Assembly (NCBI GenBank): GCA_048013815.1
Contig: CM106585.1
Location: 19,654,001 to 19,718,000, forward strand
Reading direction: 5' to 3'
DNA length: 64,000 bases
Source of the DNA: Setoptus koraiensis
Taxonomy: Eukaryota > Animalia > Arthropoda
The notes beneath the pieces are model-generated. The model was not told the origin of the DNA. It ran no database searches and saw only the letters and a list, made by a program, of their open reading frames with translations. Shown one piece after another: positions 47,201-57,369 of the stretch. A program made the translations under genes and the position numbers. The stretch's first letter is position 1; each line of letters starts with the position of its first letter.

Positions 47201-48162
47201 GTATAAGATCTTTGCTGTGGCCAATTCATTGTGAGCCAACAAACCCAGACATCTTTGTTCACTGCCTTATAATCAGTTTTAAGATCCTCAACTTTCTTGA
47301 ATTGATTTTTACACATAGTGATGATTTGATTCAAGTACATGGCAGCTTTTCCAGGACTGACAAGCTCATTGTAGATAGCGGGTGTGATATCTAGAAGTTT
47401 GATATCATCTAAAGTTATATTGTCACATTTTAAGTTTCTCAAGAATTCTTGGACCTCCCTTTCCTGTGCTTGCCTCTTGAGTTCTTGCTCTTCTTTTCTA
47501 GATCTACTAGACATAGCTTGCGATGACTGATTGTATCTAGGTGGACCAGGTCTATTGCTATGGTTGTTGCTATTCCTGAATCCCGAGTTTGTATGCATGT
47601 GTCTTTGTGAGTCTCTGTTATTACTGAAGTTATTGTTATGAACTGGTGCTGAGACAGGCTGTTGAGATAACTGTGCCGACGACGATTGCGGCTGATATCT
47701 GGCGGAAAGCGTTTGATTAGGAGGTGGTGGCTGCCTGAAATGATCATTTCTTGGCTGATTATTATAGTTCGGCCTTCTGTTTTGTTGTTGATAAAACTGT
47801 TGTTGGTGTTGCTGGTTATGGTACTGTGGTCTATTATTTCTTTGTTGATAATATTGTTGGCGTCCATATGTTTGCTGGTTGTTCATCGAGTGTTCATCCA
47901 CATAGGGATCAGCGCGTGACTGTGACTGACCATAGTAGTTGTTTCGGTTGTTGTTGTTTGTATTTCCTTTTTGTGGTTCCATGTTTAATTTGTTTAATAT
48001 TCTCTTGAAAGATGATCTAATTTTGAGTATGATAATTCGTGATGATGATAGATTATATTTGCCAATTGCATCCGCCTTGATAATAATGGAATGATATCTA
48101 CTAGTGAGTATGTTACTATAAAGAGAAAATCTCGAATGCAAATGGTTGAACAGACTGATCAT
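44248..48162 (-). CDS. DHX30: DHX30-like DEAH/RHA RNA helicase, intronless (alternative start ATG at 47982)
   Basis: GDTGCGKSTQVPQ (motif I), TQPRRISAIS, DEVHE (II), SAS (III), LATNIAETSITI, QRSGRAGR (VI), HA2 region; N-terminal dsRBD-like WLTMNWP...KKDAKNLAALAA typical of DHX30. The subfamily call (vs DHX36/29/57) is less certain than the family call. Confidence 0.8.
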   Translation of the reverse strand: MISLFNHLHSRFSLYSNILTSRYHSIIIKADAIGKYNLSSSRIIILKIRSSFKRILNKLNMEPQKGNTNNNNRNNYYGQSQSRADPYVDEHSMNNQQTYGRQQYYQQRNNRPQYHNQQHQQQFYQQQNRRPNYNNQPRNDHFRQPPPPNQTLSARYQPQSSSAQLSQQPVSAPVHNNNFSNNRDSQRHMHTNSGFRNSNNHSNRPGPPRYNQSSQAMSSRSRKEEQELKRQAQEREVQEFLRNLKCDNITLDDIKLLDITPAIYNELVSPGKAAMYLNQIITMCKNQFKKVEDLKTDYKAVNKDVWVCWLTMNWPQQRSYTAKALNKKDAKNLAALAAIHHLRTSNSIDSNLRVQISGDSNLDQTRGPVLVNPIPMSLKQQMMSFISKYDECIDNLIDYQVAAARKSYDCLEAGDIEGKHLALDEGVEFEECANTGSETFTKLPANAIIDIFTSRPYTEPNDLKIRNSWNQLKIVFEKKEKKIDTDDHFYDMMSSQDRLPTRSLKSQIMSSLKSYRTIVIAGDTGCGKSTQVPQFILENFVADESNSQGYVNVAVTQPRRISAISLAERVAAELGESGAGHSVGHQVRFDAKLPNRDINAIMFFTTGMLLRKLHRNADLKGITHLVIDEVHERDCTTDFLLILIKRLLARRRDLRVIFMSASMDASLFSQYFDNCPIISVPGRCFPVQNLYLEDIADAININCNNAPSRNPRLNLDLIVQLVQHIDVTRDSGSILCFMPGWKEMKALQKELESLPDRKTRNKLKVYLAHSKLPLSEQRLIFGRVGEFERKVVLATNIAETSITINDVAYVIDCGLCNSIDYDQDLNMSTFGTRWISKANAKQRSGRAGRTCPGECFRLYRREDEAKFQDFPKPELLRIPLESVIMEVKCHCPNEKSVTFLSQAIQHPSSSAINSALEELISLRVLNQEENLTVLGKRISGFTTHPRLSVALVLAAALRCLYPILNASAMLSSTQDPFLSMQIDKQQLRDIKRKFLLEALGQKPNKESANNMSDHIALASLLKHYDSAAMSRLEGEYFVEENHLNRSAMANIQECRNLYARMLVAANFTNTYEWYSVDSLPNMNMDENVIVVSSLVQGFYPKIVRIMRGLVKNGRSYPNKISPMDSKSNQRVRLAGESIVKNIAMGKDKIEASGKDESDDDSDYNSQFEPTEERRPNFITYLNSRMDQETGLIVVRDGSVVQPHSLLLFGGTDITLQDYKSSNSNEANSGNMVVMTLDRNSLLSFRMTKDDAIALRNWRSVWQKYFDWFVHTKNSTVQSDSNDEIIGNTMSEFLKITKMVFNSCR

Positions 48163-49861
48163 ATCCCAGTGAGCCAATGTGAGGATGAATATAAATCTAT
48201 TGCAATTTGTTGTGTGTCTATCCTTGATTTTACTACAGAATAATAATAATAATAATGATAAATGTATGCTATATCAATAATTGAACCTAATAAACAGCAG
48301 TATCGATTGGTGTGTATAACTAGTTACAGTGGTAATAATGGTATAGCGTATGCTAATTTTTATTGTTGATGGTGACAGTTGTATAAATAATAATGGTGAT
48401 GGTCTTGTTAATGTTATAATTGCAGCTAGACTCGTAGGTCGATCTACCAAAAAGAAACATATGTAATAGTGGCGTCGACGGGTATGGTAAATGTATTTTA
48501 AGCATTATCCATTGGCTTCTCAGTTCACCTGGTGAGCAAAGGCAATGTGCTCTTGTGTTCCTCAAGTAATGCATGAGCACCTCCGTCGACTATATAGGCG
48601 GCGCTCCACCACCACTGTTCTGTAATCGGGCGACACTCCACATTGAATGGAGTCCATTCGATCCTGTGCAGTGGATATTCATAAATAGTTCCGCGCGTGA
48701 ATATATTACCGTTGAAAGATATTCCGTGGATTCACTGGATTGCGCATCGTCCGTTTGCAAAATTAATGCACCGCCTGCATTACTTTTGCACGGCCAAGTT
48801 GGTTGTTCGTCGTTGCAAAAGCAGCTCTGTTGACCCTCGCATCTATTGCCCGCTATCCACCTGGCCCTTGTCCATTGCCCACTGGCAGAATGGGCATGCC
48901 CACATGGGTAAGCTCTCTCTACCCGCAGCGAAAATAACAACAACAAAAAGCATTATTATCAATGTTTCACAGAGGCTATGGCCGGATCAAAACACATTGC
49001 CGAATCCACAACAGCATCACCATTGCCGACGCCAGACAGTGTTTGCTTGTGTGTGTTTGCTTGTGAGTAAGTGTGTGTGTGCCTGAATGTTGTCGAGTTA
49101 TGTAATGTTACATGTTATATAATGATCAGAAAATATAGGGTGGCCGCCCAACAGCTAACACTGCTGGTTCCATTGAATAACGCAAGAATTATTGTAGTTC
49201 CTTTTTCTGTCTGTAGAGCTCGCATTGGCTAACAGTACACACAGTTATTGCCGTACAGGTGCTCTCTCTACCAATCGAGTTGGTAACTAATCTCGGTGTA
49301 ACAATTGTCCTGGGAGCACAGCAAAGCTGAGCAGAAACAATTTAGATACAAGTTGTGCATTATCCAAAGCACTCAGGTGTAAATATCATTACATGATTCA
49401 CAATCGAATCATCAAGCACAGTAGCATTCTGTGGCACAAAGCTTGATTTCGTTCAGCACAACCATAGAACTTTTGCAGCGTGGAAGGCTGTCTAGAACAG
49501 AAAGTGTAACGCTAGCTTTCAAGGGGCCACCCTGCAATTTCCGAAGATATACAATATCACAACAAAACAGATAGATGAAATGATTCTAGATAGTACCATT
49601 TATGTTTCACGATAATGATCATCTATCATCAACCACACAAACTAGAGATTATTCAGCCGATGACCATCCTAGAAAATTCTGACAAAATAATAGGCTAACG
49701 CAGCAACAAACTTGGGTGCCTTACAACACATCAAAACGGGACAGTTTTTTTCTCCTGGATAACTGCCACAAATATCAATCAACTCACCTGGTCTTACTGC
49801 TTTATCGTCGCCATAATATTGTATTAATCTTCATCGTGTCGTTAAGCAACTTGCATCAAAG

Positions 49862-50707
49862 ATGCTTGAACCTATAAGACACATATTGTCTCAGCAGAGA
49901 ATCATTTTGGCTAGCAACTCTCCGCGACGACAGGAGATTCTGAAAATGGTTGGTCTCAACTTCGAGACAATACCTTCAGCTTTTGAGGAGAACCTAGATA
50001 AGTATTCATTCTCACATCCATGCGAGTATGTCAAAGAGAATGCCAAACAAAAAGCAATCGAAGTGTGGAATCGTCTTTCCAGTGCCTCGAAGAAACAGCA
50101 ATCCGATTCGACTCAAGTACCGGATAACAATAAATGTCCTGACTTAGTCATTGGCGCGGACACTGTGGTTACATTGGAGGGCGAAATTATTGAGAAGCCC
50201 AAAGATGCCGAAGACGCTTATGAGATGCTAAGAAAATTGAGTGGACAAAAGCACACTGTATTCACTGGCGTTGCCTTAGTAACCAAGACAAAACAATTTC
50301 CACAAATCAAACACCCCAGTTCTCAACCAACCAGCCTGGAATCTCATCATCCACTTCAGTGTAGTGCCGACAAGTCCAAGGCACTATTATTAGAGTCAAA
50401 CGAAGGAGCACATTCACTAACTACCGATTTCACCAAGACGGTATCTGGCGCACTATCGGGAGATCAACAAGATTATTTAGTAACTACATTCCACGAGTCT
50501 ACAGATGTTGTTATGACTGAAATGACTGATGATATCATACGTGGTTATATTGCGACAGGAGAACCATTTGATAAAGCGGGAGCCTATGCAATCCAGAGCA
50601 ACGGGGCCACCATAGTAGAACAGATAAAGGGTGACTATTACAATGTCGTGGGCATCCCACTGCATCGATTGTGTCGCGAGCTTTACATATTGCATTATGA
50701 TCTTTAG
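49862..50707 (+). CDS. Maf-family nucleoside triphosphate pyrophosphatase (dTTP/UTP, YhdE type; homologous to the ASMTL N-terminal domain)
   Basis: IILASNSPRRQEIL, IGADTVV, EKP, LSGQKHTVFTGV, GEPFDKAGAYAIQ. Confidence 0.93.
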   Translation: MLEPIRHILSQQRIILASNSPRRQEILKMVGLNFETIPSAFEENLDKYSFSHPCEYVKENAKQKAIEVWNRLSSASKKQQSDSTQVPDNNKCPDLVIGADTVVTLEGEIIEKPKDAEDAYEMLRKLSGQKHTVFTGVALVTKTKQFPQIKHPSSQPTSLESHHPLQCSADKSKALLLESNEGAHSLTTDFTKTVSGALSGDQQDYLVTTFHESTDVVMTEMTDDIIRGYIATGEPFDKAGAYAIQSNGATIVEQIKGDYYNVVGIPLHRLCRELYILHYDL

Positions 50708-51239
50708 AATATTCCGACGATGACTTGATAGGACAATTAATATAGTTTGTGATATATCGCCACCAAACTTCATATACAATTACCATGTATGTCATGATTT
50801 CGATCAAATCAAAAATAGGTTTGCGACGACGAACTACAACGGGGTACTATCATATGTAGCACTCTTATGCATCTCTATCGAAGACGAACATCCTAATCAT
50901 GACTGCTTGCCTACATCAGAATGCATCCAAAATAGAAACTAACTGTCAACGCATTGATATCATACTTGTAGTATGGGATATATAATTTGGTATTTATTGA
51001 TAACGCATTAGATTGTATAATATTATTTTCTATAACTTGCAATAGAACAAGTATATGTGAATACAAGAATACATTGTATGGATCAGTATATAGCAGCTGT
51101 ACGTCAATAAAGACCGTGGAATCTCTCGGCATTCAATATTATTGTCAAAGAAAGTAGAAAATCCAATTATCCATGAGATCAGCCGGAACATCTGACAAAG
51201 ATTGCCTATTAAAATCAGCCAATTTTTTGTTCCTCTCTT

Positions 51240-53594
51240 CTAGGCTCGTCGCAGGTAGTTTCCCAAAGAGGGCACTGAGTTTTTCTTAAAATCATTCTGT
51301 AGCGGTTGATAGTCAACTATCACATATCTATCACATAGGAACATTGGCTCTAGGCAGACGGGTAGCTCAGTTCTGTCACAATCAAACATCAAACAGTAGT
51401 CGAAAGTGCGCCGCTCTAAAAACGGTGCTTGGCCCACGTTGTAATATGTTGTTACGATTATCTTACAGGAGTCGAACTTTTCAAAACTTTTGTCATACTT
51501 AGCTTTTACGAGCTCATGCTTCTCTTTATGATCATCATTAATTTCTATTTGATGCGACAGATTGTATTGCTCAAGATCTAATTGGTTATGTCCAAGGATT
51601 GAAAAGTCAATTTTTTCCGTGTCCATAAGTTTGATGATTGAGCTCACCGAGCCGAATTCTTGTGCAACCATTAAAACTGTGCGATTTAAGTGAAGTACTA
51701 CTTTCACAAAAGCTGTTAAAGCAGGTGATATCTTACTTTCATCACTAAGAACTTTCTCATTTAATACATAATAATCATCTGATACAGCGGCACGTATGAC
51801 AAACTTCTTTTGTTCAAAGTCCAGCTGACTCGTGATGTGATTTGTACTCCTCACTAATTTTCCGCCTAAATCTAGAGATAATTTGAGATCTTTTTTCCCC
51901 TCATCTTCAGGTATGAGTATTTGTCTGAGATGATCGTAACGCCAATCAATGGGGTACATCAGTCTTAATATATTTGTCAAACGTTGATTGTTTTTCCGTG
52001 CGCTTTGAATGAAATCAATTCTATAAACTATGTTTGGATCGGTTTTGGGTAGAGAGTTGTCGACTGATAATTTGACGCTTGTTTCATCACTATATATTAT
52101 AAAACCAGTTGTCTTGGCAACATTGATATTCTGTGAGGTCAAGTCTCGATTGGCATCATCGTCGATGCTTATTGCCACTCTCTTCCTTGATAAATTCTCA
52201 GTTTTCAAGGGTCCCAGACTGTCCCTGTACCTGGGATGACGCTCAAATATCACATAACTGTCTTGGCTGATGCCCAAGCCTTCATCATTTTCATCATCTG
52301 GTAGCTTGTCACTCCTAATACTTAGCTTGGAAATGCCTGAACCTTGACTCTCCGCTTGTGAAGAGTCGTAGGTCCAGAATGTGTTAGAACTCTTCACACG
52401 TTCTTGAGATTTATTTGAGTCCTCACTTAGTACGTTGAACCAATACTTGAAAAATTTAAGTTGTGCCTCGTTCAGGTGACCAATAGCAACAGGTGCTAAT
52501 TTTTTCATCACACTGGATGATGTGAGGGCTTCAGGTTTGAATGTCTGGGACATGAGAACGCATTCTAGTAGGCGTTCACATCTTGAGCAATCTCTCAATA
52601 CTTCTTTGAAGTCAGGTCCTAGAGTCAAATCTGTATGATGCTCGATCAGTTTATTTCTCAATATCATGAGGTCACGTTTGTGATTTTGGTTAACATCTAT
52701 TCCATGCAACGCCGGCCCATCCTTTAGATAAACAAGTAATCCTTTATCTGTTGGGCCGTGTCTGTCCTCAATCATTAAACTATATAAACTTACTTGACCA
52801 ACGTGAGAGCTAGCAAAGTACTGATTGCCGGTCTTCAGTTCAAGAGGTAATATTTTAGTGTGAGTTTCACCAGACTTATGAATTTTCACGACACCTGTAA
52901 GATCAATTTTCCCTTTAAGTCCATATTTAGTCGCCCATATTGTCTCTTCGATATCTAAAATTTCTTCTACTTTCACCTGCGTATTGTTGTCGTTGCTGAG
53001 AGGGTGCATTGGTCCGATAAGGAGGTATTTCTTTAGCCAGCCACTAATATTTGGTATGTATTCTTTTGACAACTTCAACAAAGTATTGAGGTCCAGTTCA
53101 AGCGAATAACATTGCTGGATCGTAATAAAATTGTTGACATTGGTAAGTAATACTTGGTACAAAATGTTCTCATCAATAATTTTGCGTTCGCATGCATATT
53201 GAAATAACTCGTGGACAATGTTGCCTATTGTCATGGCCTGATTGGTGCTTGTCCAACCATTGAACATATTCCCTAGCCATGTTTTTCTGCCACAATATAG
53301 AGATGAGACGACAAAGGTACATGGCATCAGCTCATCTGGATCTATCACTAAAAGTCCGCTCCCATTTGTTACATTAAAAACGCTAGTTATTGGGTCATAT
53401 TCTGCCCCTATCAAATGAATAATAGTGCTAGGTTTCACTTCTGTGTTAGTCCAAAGTCCTGAAAGATTCACGACACATTCCGATGGTCTCTGATTGTCGA
53501 GAGATTCAGTTCTCAGTTGTAATACTCTTGTTACCTTGAGGAATTCTATACTGACAACGCGAAGTCTCCTAGAAAGGGGGGCTTTTGGGGCCAT
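51240..53594 (-). CDS. DNA2: DNA2 nuclease with degenerate, truncated helicase; intronless
   Basis: YCGRK plus CSRCERLLEC Fe-S ligands, GNIVHELFQ, ETIWATKYGLKGKID, PLELKTG, QVSLY; the C-terminal region is recognisably DNA2 helicase 1A but lacks the Walker motifs. Confidence 0.92.
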   Translation of the reverse strand: MAPKAPLSRRLRVVSIEFLKVTRVLQLRTESLDNQRPSECVVNLSGLWTNTEVKPSTIIHLIGAEYDPITSVFNVTNGSGLLVIDPDELMPCTFVVSSLYCGRKTWLGNMFNGWTSTNQAMTIGNIVHELFQYACERKIIDENILYQVLLTNVNNFITIQQCYSLELDLNTLLKLSKEYIPNISGWLKKYLLIGPMHPLSNDNNTQVKVEEILDIEETIWATKYGLKGKIDLTGVVKIHKSGETHTKILPLELKTGNQYFASSHVGQVSLYSLMIEDRHGPTDKGLLVYLKDGPALHGIDVNQNHKRDLMILRNKLIEHHTDLTLGPDFKEVLRDCSRCERLLECVLMSQTFKPEALTSSSVMKKLAPVAIGHLNEAQLKFFKYWFNVLSEDSNKSQERVKSSNTFWTYDSSQAESQGSGISKLSIRSDKLPDDENDEGLGISQDSYVIFERHPRYRDSLGPLKTENLSRKRVAISIDDDANRDLTSQNINVAKTTGFIIYSDETSVKLSVDNSLPKTDPNIVYRIDFIQSARKNNQRLTNILRLMYPIDWRYDHLRQILIPEDEGKKDLKLSLDLGGKLVRSTNHITSQLDFEQKKFVIRAAVSDDYYVLNEKVLSDESKISPALTAFVKVVLHLNRTVLMVAQEFGSVSSIIKLMDTEKIDFSILGHNQLDLEQYNLSHQIEINDDHKEKHELVKAKYDKSFEKFDSCKIIVTTYYNVGQAPFLERRTFDYCLMFDCDRTELPVCLEPMFLCDRYVIVDYQPLQNDFKKNSVPSLGNYLRRA

Positions 53595-54060
53595 TTTATC
53601 TCAATTTCAAACCAGAAGAGCCTATAGCATAGTCATGCCGTCAAAAAAAAAGAACAGTTTTAGAAGGTCTTGAATCGACCAGTAGGAGGCGCGATCGTGC
53701 GTGTAGCTCTTGCTCACGAAACACACACACACGCACAAACTTACACCGAAAGAGAGAAAGAGAGAAAATTCATGTTGTACGTGAATGAAGCGTCATCAAA
53801 GGCGCGCAATCGAACAAGTCATTGGCAGCCACTTGGTTTTGGAACACCGTGTACAATCTCGTAGTCTGCCTGTCTGTGCAATTGTTCAAGTGTTTCACAT
53901 CAGTGCTGTCGTCGGACTGCATATCTACCTTTGAACCCTAGACACCAAAGTGGATATCTTTTTTCTCTTTTAATTTGATAAAATTTCTATTTATTATTAG
54001 GTTTGATATTTATAATTCGGACCTCGGACACTATTTAATGATCTATTATTTTTGATTACA
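53595..54060. promoter_or_regulatory. Probable bidirectional promoter shared by DNA2 and BRPF1
   Basis: Divergent ATGs 466 bp apart; CA/GA tracts in between. Confidence 0.55.
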
Positions 54061-55668
54061 ATGTCAAATTACACCAATGACATAGATATTACTGCCAGAT
54101 TGCCCATCATAATCTATGCGTCGGGAAAGAACAATCAGCACAACGGTTTTGAAACCAACAACAACAATAATAATAATATTAATAATAACAATATCAATGC
54201 TAACGGCAGCAACAATATTAACAACAGCAACAGTAACTCTAAATCAAACGATTGCAACAATCACACCGTCGGCTCGGCCAGTCTACCAGATCCATCTTTT
54301 CGTCTTATCGAGGGCTACAAAAACAGAATAAGAGCCATCGGAAAGAAGAATAACAAGAAAAGAAGAAAGACAGAAAAACCCGTGGGAGGCTACTTTCGTT
54401 ACACAGAGCCAACCGCGGAAGAACTCTTAGAACTAATTGAATATGATATGGATGAGGAAGATACTCAATGGCTAGAATTAATGAACAATAAACGCACGGC
54501 AGCTGGCCAAAGGAAGGTCACCGCAGCAGAATTTGAACAAATAATGGATAGACTAGAGAAGGAATCCTTCTTCAAAACAAACGGCAATACTGCTCCTCTT
54601 GTAGATGATGATGCCGTTTGTGCAATTTGCAACGATGGCGGATGTGAGAATGCTAATGCAATTATATTCTGTGATATGTGCAATCTTGCTGTACACCAAG
54701 AATGTTATGGTGTACCCTACATACCTGATGGTCAATGGCTTTGTCGTAGATGTCTACAATCGCCATCTAGGAATGTTGATTGTGTATTGTGTCCAAACAA
54801 AGGAGGAGCTTTTAAACAGACCGACGACAACAAATGGGCCCATGTTATATGTGCATTGTGGGTGCCAGAGGTCTGCTTTGCCAATACAGTTTTCCTTGAA
54901 CCAATTGATAGCATTAATCAAATACCGCAAGCTAGATGGAAATTGGTTTGTTATATATGTAAACAGAAAAAAGCTGGCGCTTGTATACAATGTCACAAGC
55001 CAAACTGTTATGTACCATTCCATGTGACTTGCGCTCAACAAGCAGGTCTTTACATGAAAATTCAAGCTTTCAAATACCCGACCCCATCCGGTATGATTAC
55101 CGATGTAAAAAAAGAAGCTTATTGTGACGCTCACACACCAAAAAAAGATCACAAACCTGGATCGGGGATGTATTCCAGTTGTGACTCAGACGAGGAACCA
55201 GATGAACGACAACTCAAAAAGTATAAGGCAAAAAAAGAGAAAATGCGAAAAGCAAGAAAGATACTCGCAGAAAAACGTGCAGGCGCATCAAACCCAATAT
55301 CAATACCAAAGATTCCAGAAGAAAAATTGCCCGAAATAGCCAACTTCTTGAAGGGACCTGATAATCTGGACAAGTTAGATTTCATGCGCAACGTCTTAGG
55401 TTATTGGGAAATGAAAAGAAAAACAAGAAACGGCGTACCCTTACTTAGAAGACTTCAAATCTCGTACACCAGCAAGAGTGAGGCCGTTAGGAGCGAACCA
55501 GATACCGACGGACGACTTTTAACGTTACGATATGACTTGGAAAAAGTGCGTCTCTTGATAGAGCTTATAAAGAAGAGAGAGCGCTTGAAGAAAGATATTC
55601 TTGACTTTGAGAAAAGAATTGTAACGTCTGAGTTAAAAGAAATAGATTCACATGATGCAAAAAGTTAA
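54061..55668 (+). CDS. BRPF1: BRPF/peregrin-family MYST acetyltransferase scaffold (EPC-PZP-EPC II), C-terminally short; intronless
   Basis: [11 protein letters not shown]1 [30 protein letters not shown], Zn-knuckle/PHD2 [71 protein letters not shown]. Confidence 0.92.
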   Translation: MSNYTNDIDITARLPIIIYASGKNNQHNGFETNNNNNNNINNNNINANGSNNINNSNSNSKSNDCNNHTVGSASLPDPSFRLIEGYKNRIRAIGKKNNKKRRKTEKPVGGYFRYTEPTAEELLELIEYDMDEEDTQWLELMNNKRTAAGQRKVTAAEFEQIMDRLEKESFFKTNGNTAPLVDDDAVCAICNDGGCENANAIIFCDMCNLAVHQECYGVPYIPDGQWLCRRCLQSPSRNVDCVLCPNKGGAFKQTDDNKWAHVICALWVPEVCFANTVFLEPIDSINQIPQARWKLVCYICKQKKAGACIQCHKPNCYVPFHVTCAQQAGLYMKIQAFKYPTPSGMITDVKKEAYCDAHTPKKDHKPGSGMYSSCDSDEEPDERQLKKYKAKKEKMRKARKILAEKRAGASNPISIPKIPEEKLPEIANFLKGPDNLDKLDFMRNVLGYWEMKRKTRNGVPLLRRLQISYTSKSEAVRSEPDTDGRLLTLRYDLEKVRLLIELIKKRERLKKDILDFEKRIVTSELKEIDSHDAKS

Positions 55669-55699
55669 CATATTCTTTAAGTGTTATTCAAAAACTCCT

Positions 55700-56269
55700 T
55701 TAATTTAGCTTTCTTGCAGCAGCTTTGACTTGTGCTGCGATACGGTCTAGATCACGGACACCGTCCTTCGAGAGTTTTCGACCTCCGTTGGCATCCTTCT
55801 CTATCCATTTGATCTCTTCTAAGGACTGTAACGCTTTCCTGGCCACAGATGAGCTAGATCTGCAGAAATGTGATGGGCGAACACCGCGTCTGTAACGACC
55901 ACCGTAGATCTTTGTGATTGCTCCAACACCGACAGGCGCCCTGTAGTATAGATGACGGGCTATTGAAGCGCAACGCGTGTAATACCAGTCAGCGTCATAT
56001 GGTGCTAGTTCCTTGAAGGTGGCTGTTTTGACGGTGTCTACCCACTCAGGCACTGGAAGTTTGCCAGTTCTATGTTTTAGGGGATGTAAAAAAAAATAGG
56101 ATTAGCAATGTGAAATTGAGGGCTTGAAGATTGCCTAGTGAGGCACGAGTTGATGTTGCGGTTGTATTTACTTTTTAAGGTAGGCAGCTAGAGCCCTGAC
56201 GAGGTCGTCTTGTCGCACATCCTTCACTCCGACGGATTTAACGTTTGAGTTGATCTTAACTTTTACCAT
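55700..56269 (-). CDS. RPS19: 40S ribosomal protein eS19; join complement(56172..56269,55700..56069), 155 aa
   Basis: [12 protein letters not shown]|[50 protein letters not shown]; GT-AG intron 56070-56171 restores the frame. Confidence 0.97.
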
Positions 56270-57369
56270 TTTTTAGTTTGGGTAAGATTACAAAATGGAT
56301 TCCTTGAATATCTTGTTATCTGATTAATGGTCCTAGACAAACAGGCCTGTTCGGTTATTAATAGTGTTAAGGCTTCCTCAGTGGGTCCAAAAGTATATCG
56401 GTGACAATAATGAATGAGTATGGTGGTATAATGTAGGATTCGTAATTAAATTCTGGAGGAATTGTTGTCGAAATAAGACCTAAAGAAACATGTGCTGTAG
56501 TGATTAACGCTGAGAGCCAGGCATTCCCTTGACTGCTAGCACAATTGTCCATCCGGCATCGAGTCGATAATGCGCATGCGTGAATATAAGCGCCGAATTC
56601 AAAGATCTTTACAAAAAAAAAAATGTATTGCGCTGAGACCATCAGTAGGATAATGTGGGGCTGTGGTACACTTTATAATGAACAGGCGCCACCTGCGACA
56701 ATAGTGTGTGTTCAATCAAATCGACTGATTCTCAATTTTTCTACCTTGACTTCTATTGGGAGCTTGCACTTGTGCAGTCAGTTTTGCCCCTTCGAAAGCA
56801 AACTTGCCCAGGTGCAAGTCGATAGATGCTCAAGCTCGAACACTGACCAAATTAATCATTCACGGACAATGCCTAAGCAATACCAAGTTAATTCTCGTGG
56901 ACATTATTTATCTCAGCCGTTGGACACAGTTGTCTACATGTAAATAAAAACGGTTTGGTCATCTAGGATTCGAGTGATTCAACTTTTGCACAACTTCGCA
57001 CTATTGTTGGCTGACTGTGTTATTATTAACAGCAGCTATAGCACACACACACACACATATACAGACAAACACACTGACGACTACGACTGGCACTTTCGGG
57101 ATCAATGTTTATCCGACTATTCAAATCCATTGGAACAATTCATCTGCATCAACTTGCTCAATGAAAAGATTTTGCAACGAATCTTGAATTTACCGCAAAT
57201 TTGCACAGATTTGCAATATCTCGCACATCGTTGTTTGTATCTCATGAAAACAAAATATCGCCCTATAGAATTCAAAATTATCATCATTACTATTGTACAA
57301 TATTTGTCAAAACATAGTCACATCATACACACACCTACACATTAGTTACCAAGATAGTGAATAATCAAA

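Noticed and set aside
48353-49086. Overlapping ORFs between the helicase and Maf
   Set aside because: No family signature in any frame; a 5' UTR intron explains the region equally well.
56367-57345. ORFs between RPS19 and ARIH1 (56367-56642, 56623-56943, 56974-57345)
   Set aside because: No recognisable motifs, and trial splice joins hit stops; most likely promoter/UTR DNA, though a small gene cannot be excluded without RNA data.
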